DNA from: Spirochaetia bacterium
GTDB taxonomy: Bacteria > Spirochaetota > Leptospiria > Turneriellales > JAOUOS01
Direction: 5' to 3'
Assembly: GCA_029880285.1 (NCBI GenBank)
Contig: JAOUOS010000001.1
Span: forward strand, 131,131-195,130
DNA length: 64,000 bases
The position numbers were made by a program, and so were the translations under genes. Below, piece by piece: positions 36,243 through 45,430 of the stretch (position 1 is the first letter of the stretch; every line of letters begins with the position of its first letter). Under the pieces are notes generated by a model. That model was given only the letters and a program-made list of their open reading frames with translations. It was not told where the DNA came from and searched no databases.

Positions 36243-36557
36243 TTATCCTTTCATCTCTCTAATTTTTGTTATATCGACAGTATGAAATGTTCTAAATATA
36301 GATATCACCAAAGCCAATCCTACTGCCGCTTCTGCTGCCGCCACAGCCATTACAAAAAAAACAGCCATTTCTCCTTCTAAGTTTTTCCACATTCGGGCAT
36401 ACCCAACAAATAATAAATTAACAGAATTTAACATAAGTTCAACCGACATAAAAATTACGATAATATTTTTTCTTGTCAAAACCCCCACAATTCCTATGCT
36501 GAATATTAATAGGGTTAAAATTAAAACATATGACATGGGAATTTCTGATATTATCAT
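36243..36557 (-). CDS. nuoK: NADH-quinone oxidoreductase subunit K
   Basis: 104 aa, three TMs, SVELMLNSVNL. Confidence 0.9.
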   Translation of the reverse strand: MIISEIPMSYVLILTLLIFSIGIVGVLTRKNIIVIFMSVELMLNSVNLLFVGYARMWKNLEGEMAVFFVMAVAAAEAAVGLALVISIFRTFHTVDITKIREMKG

Positions 36558-36574
36558 TTATTTACCTTAACTTT

Positions 36575-37129
36575 TTACTCTAACTTGCGTCTGTTTTTTT
36601 TCGCAATTACAACCGCTCCTATAACGCCTACCAATAGAACTAACGATATAACTTCAAAGGGTAATAGATACTTTTCAAATAATTGAAAAGATATATTTTC
36701 TGCGTGACCTGTAATTTTTATGTTTGCAGATGCATCAATAGTTCTTTCGTATCCCGCACTTGTATCTATTTTATTCTTAAAATGTACCGATACAAGAGCT
36801 GTCATTTGAATTAAAAAAGCTGTTATAAGTAATGATACAACCATTGTTTTACCAAATCTAGAACCAATATTTTCAAAATTTTCATCTCTTACAGCAATAA
36901 GCATAATCACGAATAAAAACAATACCATAATAGCGCCTACATAAACTAAAACCTGTAATACGGCTAAAAATTCAGAACCTAATAAGCCAAACATTGAGGC
37001 TAAGCTTACAAAAAACACAACTAAAAATAACGCAGACTTTACAGGATTTTTATGCATTATTACGCCTACTGACGAACCTGTCATTATAAACGCGAACAGA
37101 AAAAAAAGTATTTCTTTAATATTTTCCAT
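36575..37129 (-). CDS. nuoJ: NADH-quinone oxidoreductase subunit J
   Basis: 184 aa, with VQVLVYVGAIMVLFLFVIML typical of NuoJ. Confidence 0.85.
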   Translation of the reverse strand: MENIKEILFFLFAFIMTGSSVGVIMHKNPVKSALFLVVFFVSLASMFGLLGSEFLAVLQVLVYVGAIMVLFLFVIMLIAVRDENFENIGSRFGKTMVVSLLITAFLIQMTALVSVHFKNKIDTSAGYERTIDASANIKITGHAENISFQLFEKYLLPFEVISLVLLVGVIGAVVIAKKNRRKLE

Positions 37130-37134
37130 AATGT

Positions 37135-38187
37135 TTACTTAATATATAAATATATTCCCGATAAAAATATTTGAAAAATCGCCAGTGGCAAAAGGTACTT
37201 CCAGCCTATATTCATTAATTGATCGTATCTAAATCTCGGCAGGCTCCATCGTACCCAAATAAATAAAAAAGCAAAAAACAAACCTTTTACAACAAAAAAT
37301 AAAACACCCACGAGCGGCCCCCACCAAAGACCTTCAAGCATTTCCCTTAAAAAAAACGGAACGTTCCATCCGCCAAAAAATAAAAGTGCCGTTAAAAATG
37401 AGATAGTAATTAAATTGATATATTCGGCCACCATAAATAAAGCAAATTTAAAGGCTCCATATTCAGTATGATATCCCACAATCAACTCACTTTCGGCTTC
37501 TGCCAGATCAAATGGCAATCTATTGGTTTCAGCAAAAACCGAGACAATAAAAATAAAGAAACTTAAAAATCCGGGAATTGTTAATAAGAACCAGCCATAT
37601 TTAGATTGCGCTTCAACAATTCTATATATATCCAGATGCCCTGTCATTAAAATAACGCCTATGATACTTAATGATAAACTAAGTTCATAGCTAATCATTT
37701 GCGCTGTTGATCTTACCGCTCCCAATAAAGAGTACTTATTATTACTAGACCAGCCCGCCAAAAGTATGCCGTAAACAGATAATGATGAAATAGCAAATAA
37801 AAATAATAATCCGCTGTTGGGATTTAACACCTGCAAATTAACTTCGCTTTTACCCAGTACTTCAACAGGAAGTTTTATTAAAGGCGTAAATGGTATAGAT
37901 GACCATAACAGTACCGCCGTTATAACAGAAATAGCGGGAGCAGCTAAAAATAAATAGATATCTACATTTTTTGGCAAAGTTTCCTGTTTTAATAAAAATT
38001 TAATACCATCTGCCAAAGGCTGAAAAATACCAAAAATTCCGGCCCTGTTTGGACCATATCTCAGCTGAAAATAACCGGCACCTTTTCTTTCCATTAGTGT
38101 ATAATATCCGGCGCCTGTTATTATAACAAAAAATAACAATAGTATTTTTATAAGCACCCAAATTATTTCTGACTCATACCATTCCAT
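37135..38187 (-). CDS. nuoH: NADH-quinone oxidoreductase subunit H
   Basis: MERKGAGYFQLRYGPNR, ETNRLPFDLAEAESELV-like (ETNRLPFDLAEAESELIVGYHTEY). Confidence 0.92.
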   Translation of the reverse strand: MEWYESEIIWVLIKILLLFFVIITGAGYYTLMERKGAGYFQLRYGPNRAGIFGIFQPLADGIKFLLKQETLPKNVDIYLFLAAPAISVITAVLLWSSIPFTPLIKLPVEVLGKSEVNLQVLNPNSGLLFLFAISSLSVYGILLAGWSSNNKYSLLGAVRSTAQMISYELSLSLSIIGVILMTGHLDIYRIVEAQSKYGWFLLTIPGFLSFFIFIVSVFAETNRLPFDLAEAESELIVGYHTEYGAFKFALFMVAEYINLITISFLTALLFFGGWNVPFFLREMLEGLWWGPLVGVLFFVVKGLFFAFLFIWVRWSLPRFRYDQLMNIGWKYLLPLAIFQIFLSGIYLYIK

Positions 38188-38196
38188 TATTTCTCT

Positions 38197-39516
38197 CTAT
38201 CTATCACCAATTGAAATTTTTTCATGAACTTTTTCTGTTTTATCTATTCTTGCTTCAAATTCTTCTCTAAACTTTTTTACAATAGGTATTACGGCCATTT
38301 TTACTGCGTCTCCAAAGGGGCATATTGTAGCGCCATTAGACATATATTCACTAAAATCACAAAGTGTATCTAAATCGTCTGCTGAACCAATTCTATCTTT
38401 AAATCTTTTTAAAATATTTTTTACCCATCTTGTACCCTCACGGCATGGTGTGCATTGACCGCATGATTCATGATCGTAAAAATAGGCCACTCTGTACGCT
38501 AATTCTACCATATCCGTTGTTTCATCAAGAACGATAACAGCTCCGGAACCTAAGAAAGTTCCTGCTTCGGCCATTCCCTCATAGTCCATAATGGCTTTTT
38601 TAGCTTCTTGTGCCGTAAGTATGGGTGTTGAGCTACCTCCCGGAATTACAGCTTTTAATTTTTTATCCCCTTTAATACCGCCTGTTACTTTTTCAATAAT
38701 ATCAATTAATGGAAGCCCCATAGGCAATTCATATACTCCGGGCTTATTTATGTGACCCGATATTGAAAATAATTTTGTACCACCAGATTTTTCTGAACCC
38801 TGCCCTAAGTTTGCGTACCACTTACCACCATTAATTATGATATGTGGTATTGCCGCATAAGTTTCTACGTTATTTACTACCGTGGGACATTTGTATAAAC
38901 CCTCTACAGCGGGAAAAGGTGGTTTAAGTCTTGGATGGCCGCGTTTGCCTTCTAGGCTTTCTATTAAAGCGGTTTCTTCTCCGCATATATATGCCCCCGC
39001 GCCTCTGTATGTCGTTAGATGAAAACTGTGTTTTGTGCCTAGGATATTATCTCCTAAATAACCTTTATTATAAGCGTCTTTTATGGCTTCTTCTACTCTT
39101 TGCCATGGTTTATAAAACTCGCCTCTTAAATAAATATATCCTTGTTTACTACCAAGAGCAATACCCGCAATTATCATTCCTTCTATAAAACCATGCGGTA
39201 AATCTTCAAGAAGCACCCGGTCTTTAAATGTACCCGGTTCACCCTCATCCGCATTGCAAATTAAATACTTGGGCTTATCTGTATCTTTAGGGATAAAACT
39301 CCATTTTAAACCAGTAGGGAAACCGGCCCCTCCGCGGCCTCTTAAGCCTGAGATTTTTACTTCTTCAATAATATTTTCTGATGTCCATTTATCTTTTTCA
39401 TCAATTAAAACTTTTTTCAAAGCGGTATAACCGCCTTCTTCTTCATAAACTTCAATAGTATGGCAGTTGTTTTTACCCCAGTCTTTTAGTAAGATTCTTT
39501 TTTCAAGTGATGACAT
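38197..39516 (-). CDS. nuoF: NADH-quinone oxidoreductase subunit F
   Basis: [16 protein letters not shown], the [19 protein letters not shown] site, and the [13 protein letters not shown]3 cluster. Confidence 0.95.
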   Translation of the reverse strand: MSSLEKRILLKDWGKNNCHTIEVYEEEGGYTALKKVLIDEKDKWTSENIIEEVKISGLRGRGGAGFPTGLKWSFIPKDTDKPKYLICNADEGEPGTFKDRVLLEDLPHGFIEGMIIAGIALGSKQGYIYLRGEFYKPWQRVEEAIKDAYNKGYLGDNILGTKHSFHLTTYRGAGAYICGEETALIESLEGKRGHPRLKPPFPAVEGLYKCPTVVNNVETYAAIPHIIINGGKWYANLGQGSEKSGGTKLFSISGHINKPGVYELPMGLPLIDIIEKVTGGIKGDKKLKAVIPGGSSTPILTAQEAKKAIMDYEGMAEAGTFLGSGAVIVLDETTDMVELAYRVAYFYDHESCGQCTPCREGTRWVKNILKRFKDRIGSADDLDTLCDFSEYMSNGATICPFGDAVKMAVIPIVKKFREEFEARIDKTEKVHEKISIGDR

Positions 39517-39520
39517 TTTT

Positions 39521-40021
39521 TTAAACTTCTGCCTTTAATTTTTCAATTAATTCTTCTAATTTTTGCGGATCCATTTTTTCATGATAATCATTATTTACCT
39601 GTACCACGGGAGATGTTCCACAGCTGGCTAAACATTCGACATGAGTAAATGTGAATAGTCCGTCTTTTGTGGTTTCGCCATGCTCGATATTAAGTTTTTC
39701 TTTTATAGTTTCTTCTAGTTTATCTGAACCATTTAACCAGCATGAAACATTATGACAAACCTGCAGATGATATTTACCTACAGGTTTTTTATTATACATA
39801 CTATAAAAAGTACAAACGCCCTCAACCCACGATTTTGAAACACCAACACGCTTTGCAACATATTCAATAGCTGGCTTTGATATATAGCCAATATCTTCTT
39901 GAACTAAATGCAATGTCCATAAAACCAGAGAACTTCTTTGAGGAAATTTTTTTTCAAGTTCTTTAAATCTATCTTCTGATTTTTTTGAAAAACTATACTC
40001 TTTTTCTTCTGTCTTATTCAT
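39521..40021 (-). CDS. nuoE: NADH-quinone oxidoreductase subunit E
   Basis: 2Fe-2S ligand pattern ([12 protein letters not shown] ... [12 protein letters not shown]). Confidence 0.9.
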   Translation of the reverse strand: MNKTEEKEYSFSKKSEDRFKELEKKFPQRSSLVLWTLHLVQEDIGYISKPAIEYVAKRVGVSKSWVEGVCTFYSMYNKKPVGKYHLQVCHNVSCWLNGSDKLEETIKEKLNIEHGETTKDGLFTFTHVECLASCGTSPVVQVNNDYHEKMDPQKLEELIEKLKAEV

Positions 40022-40029
40022 ATCTATTT

Positions 40030-41277
40030 TTATCCGTCTAGTTCTCCCGCTATAACATTTAATGAACTCATATTCGCGATGGCATCTGCTAAAAAGCCGC
40101 CTTCAACTAACTCTGGATATGCCTGATAAAACCAAAAACAAGGTCTTCTCACATGAACCCGATAAGGTATTGCGTCTCCTTTAGAAATTATCATAAAACC
40201 AAGTTCTCCATTGGCGGCTTCGGTTGAAAAATAATATTCACCGGGCGGAACTTTTATCCCGTGCATAATAAGTTTAAAATGATATATTAAATCTTCCATT
40301 GATGTATAGACTTTTTCTTTTTCAGGAAGATAAATATGGGGAACATCTGCGTGATAAGAACCCTCAGGTATATTATCTATCAACTGATTTAATATTCTCA
40401 AAGACTGCTGCATTTCTTCAACGCGTACTAAAAATCTATCATAAACCGAACCATTTTCTCCTATTGGTATATCAAATTTTACCTGATCATAAAACATATA
40501 CGAATTATCTACCCTAACATCAAAATTTATGCCGGCAGCTCTTAAATTTGGTCCCGTAAAGCCATATTCTAAGGCTCTCTCTCCGCTTATTTTACCCACG
40601 CCATTTGTTCTTTCATAAAATATTCTTGATTTAGTAAGAAGCTTGTCATTATATTTTAATATTTTAGGAAATTCTTTTAAAAATACTTTTACGTCTTTTA
40701 CAAATTCAGGATATATATCTCTTTCTAACCCACCGACCCGGCAGAATGTGGTTGTTAGTCTGGCGCCGGTTAGTTTATCTAAAATATCATATACCTTTTC
40801 TCTTTTATTAAACATATAAATAAAAGAAGCGAACGCGCCTAAATCTACCCCTAAAATACCCATAGAAATAATGTGATCTATTATTCTTGAAAGTTCAGAC
40901 ATTATCATTCTTACGACTGTCACTTTCGCTGGGACCTCAATACCCAGCATGTTTTCAACGGCAAGCACCCATCCAATATTATTTAATGGTGTAGAAATAT
41001 AGTTCATTCTATCGGTACAAACAAGAAATTGATTGTAAGTATAATTTTCGCCAAGCTTTTCAAATGTCCTGTGCACATAGCCAATTACAGGTTCGCATTT
41101 TTCAATTTTTTCACCGTCTAAAATAAGATGATTTTCTAGTATACCATGAGTTGCCGGATGCGAGGGCCCTAAATTAATAGTCATTCTGCCCGGTTTCATA
41201 TTTTCATTACCTGACTTACTTTCTGACTTTATATCTTCTATTTTTTCTTTTGCGTTACTCATAATATTTTTAATCAC
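40030..41277 (-). CDS. nuoD: NADH-quinone oxidoreductase subunit D
   Basis: [13 protein letters not shown], and C-terminal NVIAGELDG. Confidence 0.93.
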   Translation of the reverse strand: MIKNIMSNAKEKIEDIKSESKSGNENMKPGRMTINLGPSHPATHGILENHLILDGEKIEKCEPVIGYVHRTFEKLGENYTYNQFLVCTDRMNYISTPLNNIGWVLAVENMLGIEVPAKVTVVRMIMSELSRIIDHIISMGILGVDLGAFASFIYMFNKREKVYDILDKLTGARLTTTFCRVGGLERDIYPEFVKDVKVFLKEFPKILKYNDKLLTKSRIFYERTNGVGKISGERALEYGFTGPNLRAAGINFDVRVDNSYMFYDQVKFDIPIGENGSVYDRFLVRVEEMQQSLRILNQLIDNIPEGSYHADVPHIYLPEKEKVYTSMEDLIYHFKLIMHGIKVPPGEYYFSTEAANGELGFMIISKGDAIPYRVHVRRPCFWFYQAYPELVEGGFLADAIANMSSLNVIAGELDG

Positions 41278-41974
41278 TTAATGAATGTTCTTTTAATAAA
41301 TCTTCAATTAAATAATCTTCACCTAATCCTTTTAAAGGAAAGTCTTTTCTTAAAGGATGACCTTTATAATTATCAGGCATTAAAATTCTTTTTAAGTTCG
41401 GATGATTTGAAAACTTTATTCCCATTAAATCATAAACTTCTCTTTCGGGCCAGTTAGCGCCTACCCAAACATCACATAAAGAAGGTACTTCTTCTTCATC
41501 ACTTACAGAAACAATAATTCTAATTAAAGCGCCTTTATTTTTTAAAGATCTTAGGATATATCTTACCTGAAATCTTTTATCTTGATTATTTTTAATATCT
41601 TCAGAATCAGGAGAATTTAATAAATCGACAGCTGTTAAATCTGTAAGTACATTATAAGAAAAACTTGTGTCTTCTTTGAAGAATAACATAATATCACGAA
41701 GGTTTTCTTTTTTCACCCATATTACAGGCATATCTATTTTTATTGAATTGGGCGCATCTTTAATAACGGCTCTTTCATGCCAGCCGCCTAGTTTTTCAGG
41801 CGTCTCTATTTTTTTCTCATTTAAAAAATCTGGCCATTGAATTTTATAAACCCAGTTATTAATACTATTTTGAGATTCTATATATTTTTTTTGAGACTGC
41901 CAAAGCTCGGCTGTTTCAGGTTTTATATAAGCGGGTATACCACTTTTTGCTTTTTGTTCAAACCGTATAGACAT
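41270..41974 (-). CDS. nuoC: NADH-quinone oxidoreductase subunit C (first gene of the local operon)
   Basis: [41 protein letters not shown]. Carries an ~60-aa N-terminal extension. Confidence 0.88.
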   Translation of the reverse strand: MSIRFEQKAKSGIPAYIKPETAELWQSQKKYIESQNSINNWVYKIQWPDFLNEKKIETPEKLGGWHERAVIKDAPNSIKIDMPVIWVKKENLRDIMLFFKEDTSFSYNVLTDLTAVDLLNSPDSEDIKNNQDKRFQVRYILRSLKNKGALIRIIVSVSDEEEVPSLCDVWVGANWPEREVYDLMGIKFSNHPNLKRILMPDNYKGHPLRKDFPLKGLGEDYLIEDLLKEHSLSD

Positions 41975-42145
41975 CGGCGGACAAATTATAAAACAGATTC
42001 AAAATTTGTAGTATTTTTTATTTTTTCGGCAATATGAATATAAAAAAAATACTTTACAAGTATTATACCTGTCCTATATATGTTAAATTATAATCTTATA
42101 AAGGTTAAGAAACCGATAATAAAGTAAAATTAAGAGGTATACATT

Positions 42146-43189
42146 ATGAAAGCTCCCATAAAAATAATTAATTACTGCATTATATCTATTATAGCCGCTA
42201 TTTTCATGCTTAACTGCACGTCAGAAATTGACACAAACCGTGTAACTGAACTTTCGTTAAGCCCCGACGGTAAATCTGTTTTAATAGGCAAAACACTAAG
42301 CCTTTCTGCTGTTGAAATATACAAAGACGGTAAAACAAGCGATGTAACGGGTTCTGCATCGTGGTCTACAAGCGACAGCACCATTGCTACAATTTCTGCG
42401 GGTGTTATAACGGGTGTTAAATCTGGCAAAGTAACGGTAACAGCAAGCTATGAAGGTTTTAGTGATGAAGTATTTGTCTTTGTCTCTCATCTTCCTGAAG
42501 GCAGTGAAGCAACGCCGGTTTCTCTTGATTCAACATCAGCATTACCCTACGCGGGAACAACAGACTTTAACGCAAGCTATTACACAATTACGGGTTTAAA
42601 CGATGGCAGCACCTATTTATTAGTGGCCTATGTGCCTAATCATGAAGAAGAAATGGTATTAACAGCGCCTGAAAATAGCACTGATTATATTTGCGCTCAA
42701 GCCAGCATTGGCCTTTCTGATTCAGATTTTTACTGTCTTTTAAAAAATGTAACGGCAAGCGTTAATATTACCGTAGACGGCAGTTCAAGCCCTATTGGCG
42801 CCGCCTATACTTTTGAACTTTATGAAATACCTGAAGGTAATTCAACTGCACCCAGAGAAATTGCCTATTCAAGCGACAGGCCTTATTTTTACGGCGCCTC
42901 AAATGGGAATACTAGCGGCACCGGCGGCAGCTATTATAAAATAACCGGTTTAAATCAAGACAGCGCTTACACAATATCAGTATTAAAAGGAATCGCTACT
43001 AGTAGCAATAATGTATCATTTTCATTTTTTTATGCTGCTGGTTATGATTTTTACTCACCAACTTATGATTTAAATTGCGAAATAATAAATAGTGACATAT
43101 GCACTACACAAGCATTGCCTTCAACCGATTTATACATACAAGCAGGAATCGCTTCAGGTGAAGCGGTTTATCAAATTTATATAGAATAA
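42146..43189 (+). CDS. Surface lipoprotein: Big_2 (bacterial Ig-like) domain followed by two tandem beta-sandwich (PPC-like) repeats
   Basis: Signal plus lipobox-like AAIFMLNCT. Big_2 pattern (LSLSPDGKSVLIGKTLSLSAVEIYKDGKTSDVTGSASWSTSDSTIATISAGVITGVKSGKVTVTASYEG). Internal duplication (PEGSEATP...SYYTITGLNDGSTY versus PEGNSTAP...SYYKITGLNQDSAY). Confidence 0.7.
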   Translation: MKAPIKIINYCIISIIAAIFMLNCTSEIDTNRVTELSLSPDGKSVLIGKTLSLSAVEIYKDGKTSDVTGSASWSTSDSTIATISAGVITGVKSGKVTVTASYEGFSDEVFVFVSHLPEGSEATPVSLDSTSALPYAGTTDFNASYYTITGLNDGSTYLLVAYVPNHEEEMVLTAPENSTDYICAQASIGLSDSDFYCLLKNVTASVNITVDGSSSPIGAAYTFELYEIPEGNSTAPREIAYSSDRPYFYGASNGNTSGTGGSYYKITGLNQDSAYTISVLKGIATSSNNVSFSFFYAAGYDFYSPTYDLNCEIINSDICTTQALPSTDLYIQAGIASGEAVYQIYIE

Positions 43190-43197
43190 AAACTTTA

Positions 43198-44904
43198 CTA
43201 AAAAAGTTTTAACTGCTTCATTTTTTTATTTATAATAAAACCAGAAAACAGTAATAACATAAGAAATATAAATGCGTCTGTATATTCTTTAAAAATAAAT
43301 TTACCCATACCAAATAAAAAAGACAGCACAAAAATACATCCGGCTGCCCATAAATAAAATTTATTAAAAAGAGGTTTTAATGATGACTGCTCTTTGGTTT
43401 GAAAATTTTTCCAGCCAGGACCCTCGGGTTTAATTTTCTCTACAAATTTTTTTAACAACGTTTCATCTTCAGGCTTTGTCATATAAGTTACCGCGACCCA
43501 AACAAATGTTGTTATTAAAGTGTTTATAATTATTAACAAAGCAAAATCGGTAATACCGGCTATTCTTAAAAATATACTGCCAAAAAAAGCCGCAATCATG
43601 GCCGAAATCTCGCTATAAGCATTTACCCTGTGCCAGTACCATCTTAAAAGATAAACCAGCCCCGTTCCCGCGCCTATTGAAAGAAGAAGCTCCCAGCTTT
43701 CTTTTACGCTGTCAAAAAAATAACTGGTAATTAAGGCCAATATCATTAATATAAATACGGTTACCCTAGAAATAAGAACGTAATGATTTTCTTTTTCATT
43801 TTTTCTTATAAACCTTTTATAAAAATCATTTACTATGTAAGAAGCACCCCAGTTCAAATGGGTTGATATGGTAGACATAAAAGCCGAAAAAAATGCAATG
43901 GCAAGAAGCCCAAAAAATCCGGAAGGTAGAAATTTTTTCATGGCCATAGGATAACCCATTTCTGGATCGCTTAAATTATTAAAAGTTACCATGGCGACCA
44001 GTGCCGTTATAATCCAAGGCCACGGCCTTACACCATAATGAAGTAGATTAAAAAAAAGCGTAGAATAAACAGCGTTTTTTTCATCTTTTGCGGCATATAT
44101 TCTTTGCCCTACATACCCGCCGCCTCCCGGTTCTGCGCCCGGATACCATGATACCCACCACTGCATAGATATCCAAACCAACGCGGTTGAAAAAGCGATT
44201 TTAGCATTTAAAAAAGGAGACAAAGAAAGCAGTCCGTGATTTTGACCAAACTCTAAAACCAGTTTTTCTTTTAATCCGTCAATGCCGTTTACAGAATCAA
44301 GCGCGTATACCATTAATACAATAGAACCAGCCATTGCGGTTATAAATTGAAAAAAATCAGCTATAATAACGCCCCATAAACCGGAAAATATAATATATAC
44401 ACAGGTTATTAAATATAAAATTAAAATTACCTGCCATTTGGGCCAGCCAAAGGCGGCTTCAATTACTTTTGACATTCCAATTGTTACCCATCCCATTATA
44501 ATTATATTAATGGGCACCGCTAAATAAACCGCTCTAAATGCCCTTAAAAATTCTGCCGGCCTGCCGCCGTAACGAATTTCTGCAAATTCAGCATCGGTCA
44601 TAACTTCAGAACGCCTCCAGTACGGCGCGAAAAAGAATACGGTCATAATACCCGAAAAAACGAAACTAAACCATAACCAGTTGCCCGCGATACCCGATTT
44701 TGATACAATACCGGTAACAGCTAAAGGAGTATCTGCCGCAAACGTAGTGGCAGCCATGGACATTCCGGCTAGCCACCAGGGGAGTTTTCTATCTGATAAA
44801 AAATATCCTTCAATATTTTTTTGCGAACGCTTTTTTAAATAAAAACCAGCAGTTATCAGTATAACAAAATATATAACTATAAAAGAAATATCAAGAGAGC
44901 TCAT
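43198..44904 (-). CDS. Sodium:solute symporter (SSF) family transporter
   Basis: 568 aa with ~13-14 TMs. N-terminal FVIYFVILITAGFYLKK...YFLSDRKLPWW is typical of SSF. Confidence 0.8.
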   Translation of the reverse strand: MSSLDISFIVIYFVILITAGFYLKKRSQKNIEGYFLSDRKLPWWLAGMSMAATTFAADTPLAVTGIVSKSGIAGNWLWFSFVFSGIMTVFFFAPYWRRSEVMTDAEFAEIRYGGRPAEFLRAFRAVYLAVPINIIIMGWVTIGMSKVIEAAFGWPKWQVILILYLITCVYIIFSGLWGVIIADFFQFITAMAGSIVLMVYALDSVNGIDGLKEKLVLEFGQNHGLLSLSPFLNAKIAFSTALVWISMQWWVSWYPGAEPGGGGYVGQRIYAAKDEKNAVYSTLFFNLLHYGVRPWPWIITALVAMVTFNNLSDPEMGYPMAMKKFLPSGFFGLLAIAFFSAFMSTISTHLNWGASYIVNDFYKRFIRKNEKENHYVLISRVTVFILMILALITSYFFDSVKESWELLLSIGAGTGLVYLLRWYWHRVNAYSEISAMIAAFFGSIFLRIAGITDFALLIIINTLITTFVWVAVTYMTKPEDETLLKKFVEKIKPEGPGWKNFQTKEQSSLKPLFNKFYLWAAGCIFVLSFLFGMGKFIFKEYTDAFIFLMLLLFSGFIINKKMKQLKLF

Positions 44905-44905
44905 G

Positions 44906-45355
44906 TTATTCCGATTTTTTAATTAAAGGCAGTTGAAATAATTCAATATACAGTTCAGTTGAATCATAAGACTTTTTAAGCCATCTGATTATTAATTCAA
45001 CCTCTTCTTCATCCCAAAATGTTCGCGCTATTTTTCGAATAGTATTAATTTGATCAAGGTGAATTTTATTGCTAGATACCAAAAGAAAAAAACAAACCCA
45101 TAAAACTTTAGCCGCTTTTTCTTTGTTTAGTAGTTTTATCTCTGCAAGAAGCGGTTCTATTTGGCGGTTTTTTTCAAGAATCTCTTCAAGCTTTTCATCA
45201 TTAAAACCGCTTACTTCAAATAAATTTAACAGTTTATTTTTCTCACTTTTTGAAAGCTCACCGCCAGAATTGGCCGCTGCCGCAATTATTTTTAATATTA
45301 ATTCTTTTTTTTCATCTGCCATAGGTTCTTTATTATTTACCCAAAATTTAAACAC
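44906..45355 (-). CDS. Hypothetical protein, possibly TerB-like two-repeat helical domain
   Basis: Two helical repeats of the type IIAAAANSGGELSKSEKNKLLNLF. Its stop is 1 nt from the SSF start. The domain call is weak. Confidence 0.35.
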   Translation of the reverse strand: MFKFWVNNKEPMADEKKELILKIIAAAANSGGELSKSEKNKLLNLFEVSGFNDEKLEEILEKNRQIEPLLAEIKLLNKEKAAKVLWVCFFLLVSSNKIHLDQINTIRKIARTFWDEEEVELIIRWLKKSYDSTELYIELFQLPLIKKSE

Positions 45356-45391
45356 ACCCCGAAGTCAACTAAAAATCAATGATTTTTTGGC

Positions 45392-45419
45392 TTGACGGCG
45401 CAATCATTATTAATATAAA
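45392..45419 (+). promoter_or_regulatory. Candidate sigma70-type promoter
   Basis: TTGACG (45392-45397), a 16-nt spacer, then TATAAA (45414-45419), 11 nt upstream of the GTG start at 45431. Confidence 0.4.
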
Positions 45420-45430
45420 TTTTATAAGTA

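Noticed and set aside
42100-42118. Second sigma-28-like -10 box (ACCGATAA) upstream of the Big_2 lipoprotein, and CCGATAT at about 48943-48949 upstream of the TPR-like gene
   Set aside because: No TAAA-type -35 element lies at the required 15-16 nt spacing, so these are isolated partial -10 matches only.
42146-44904. Higher GC content of the Big_2 lipoprotein and SSF transporter genes as evidence of horizontal transfer
   Set aside because: The shift is largely explained by amino-acid composition: S/T/G/A-rich surface protein and G/A/L/W-rich membrane protein, with the same trend in the nuo membrane subunits. There are no flanking repeats, tRNA, integrase or other mobility genes.
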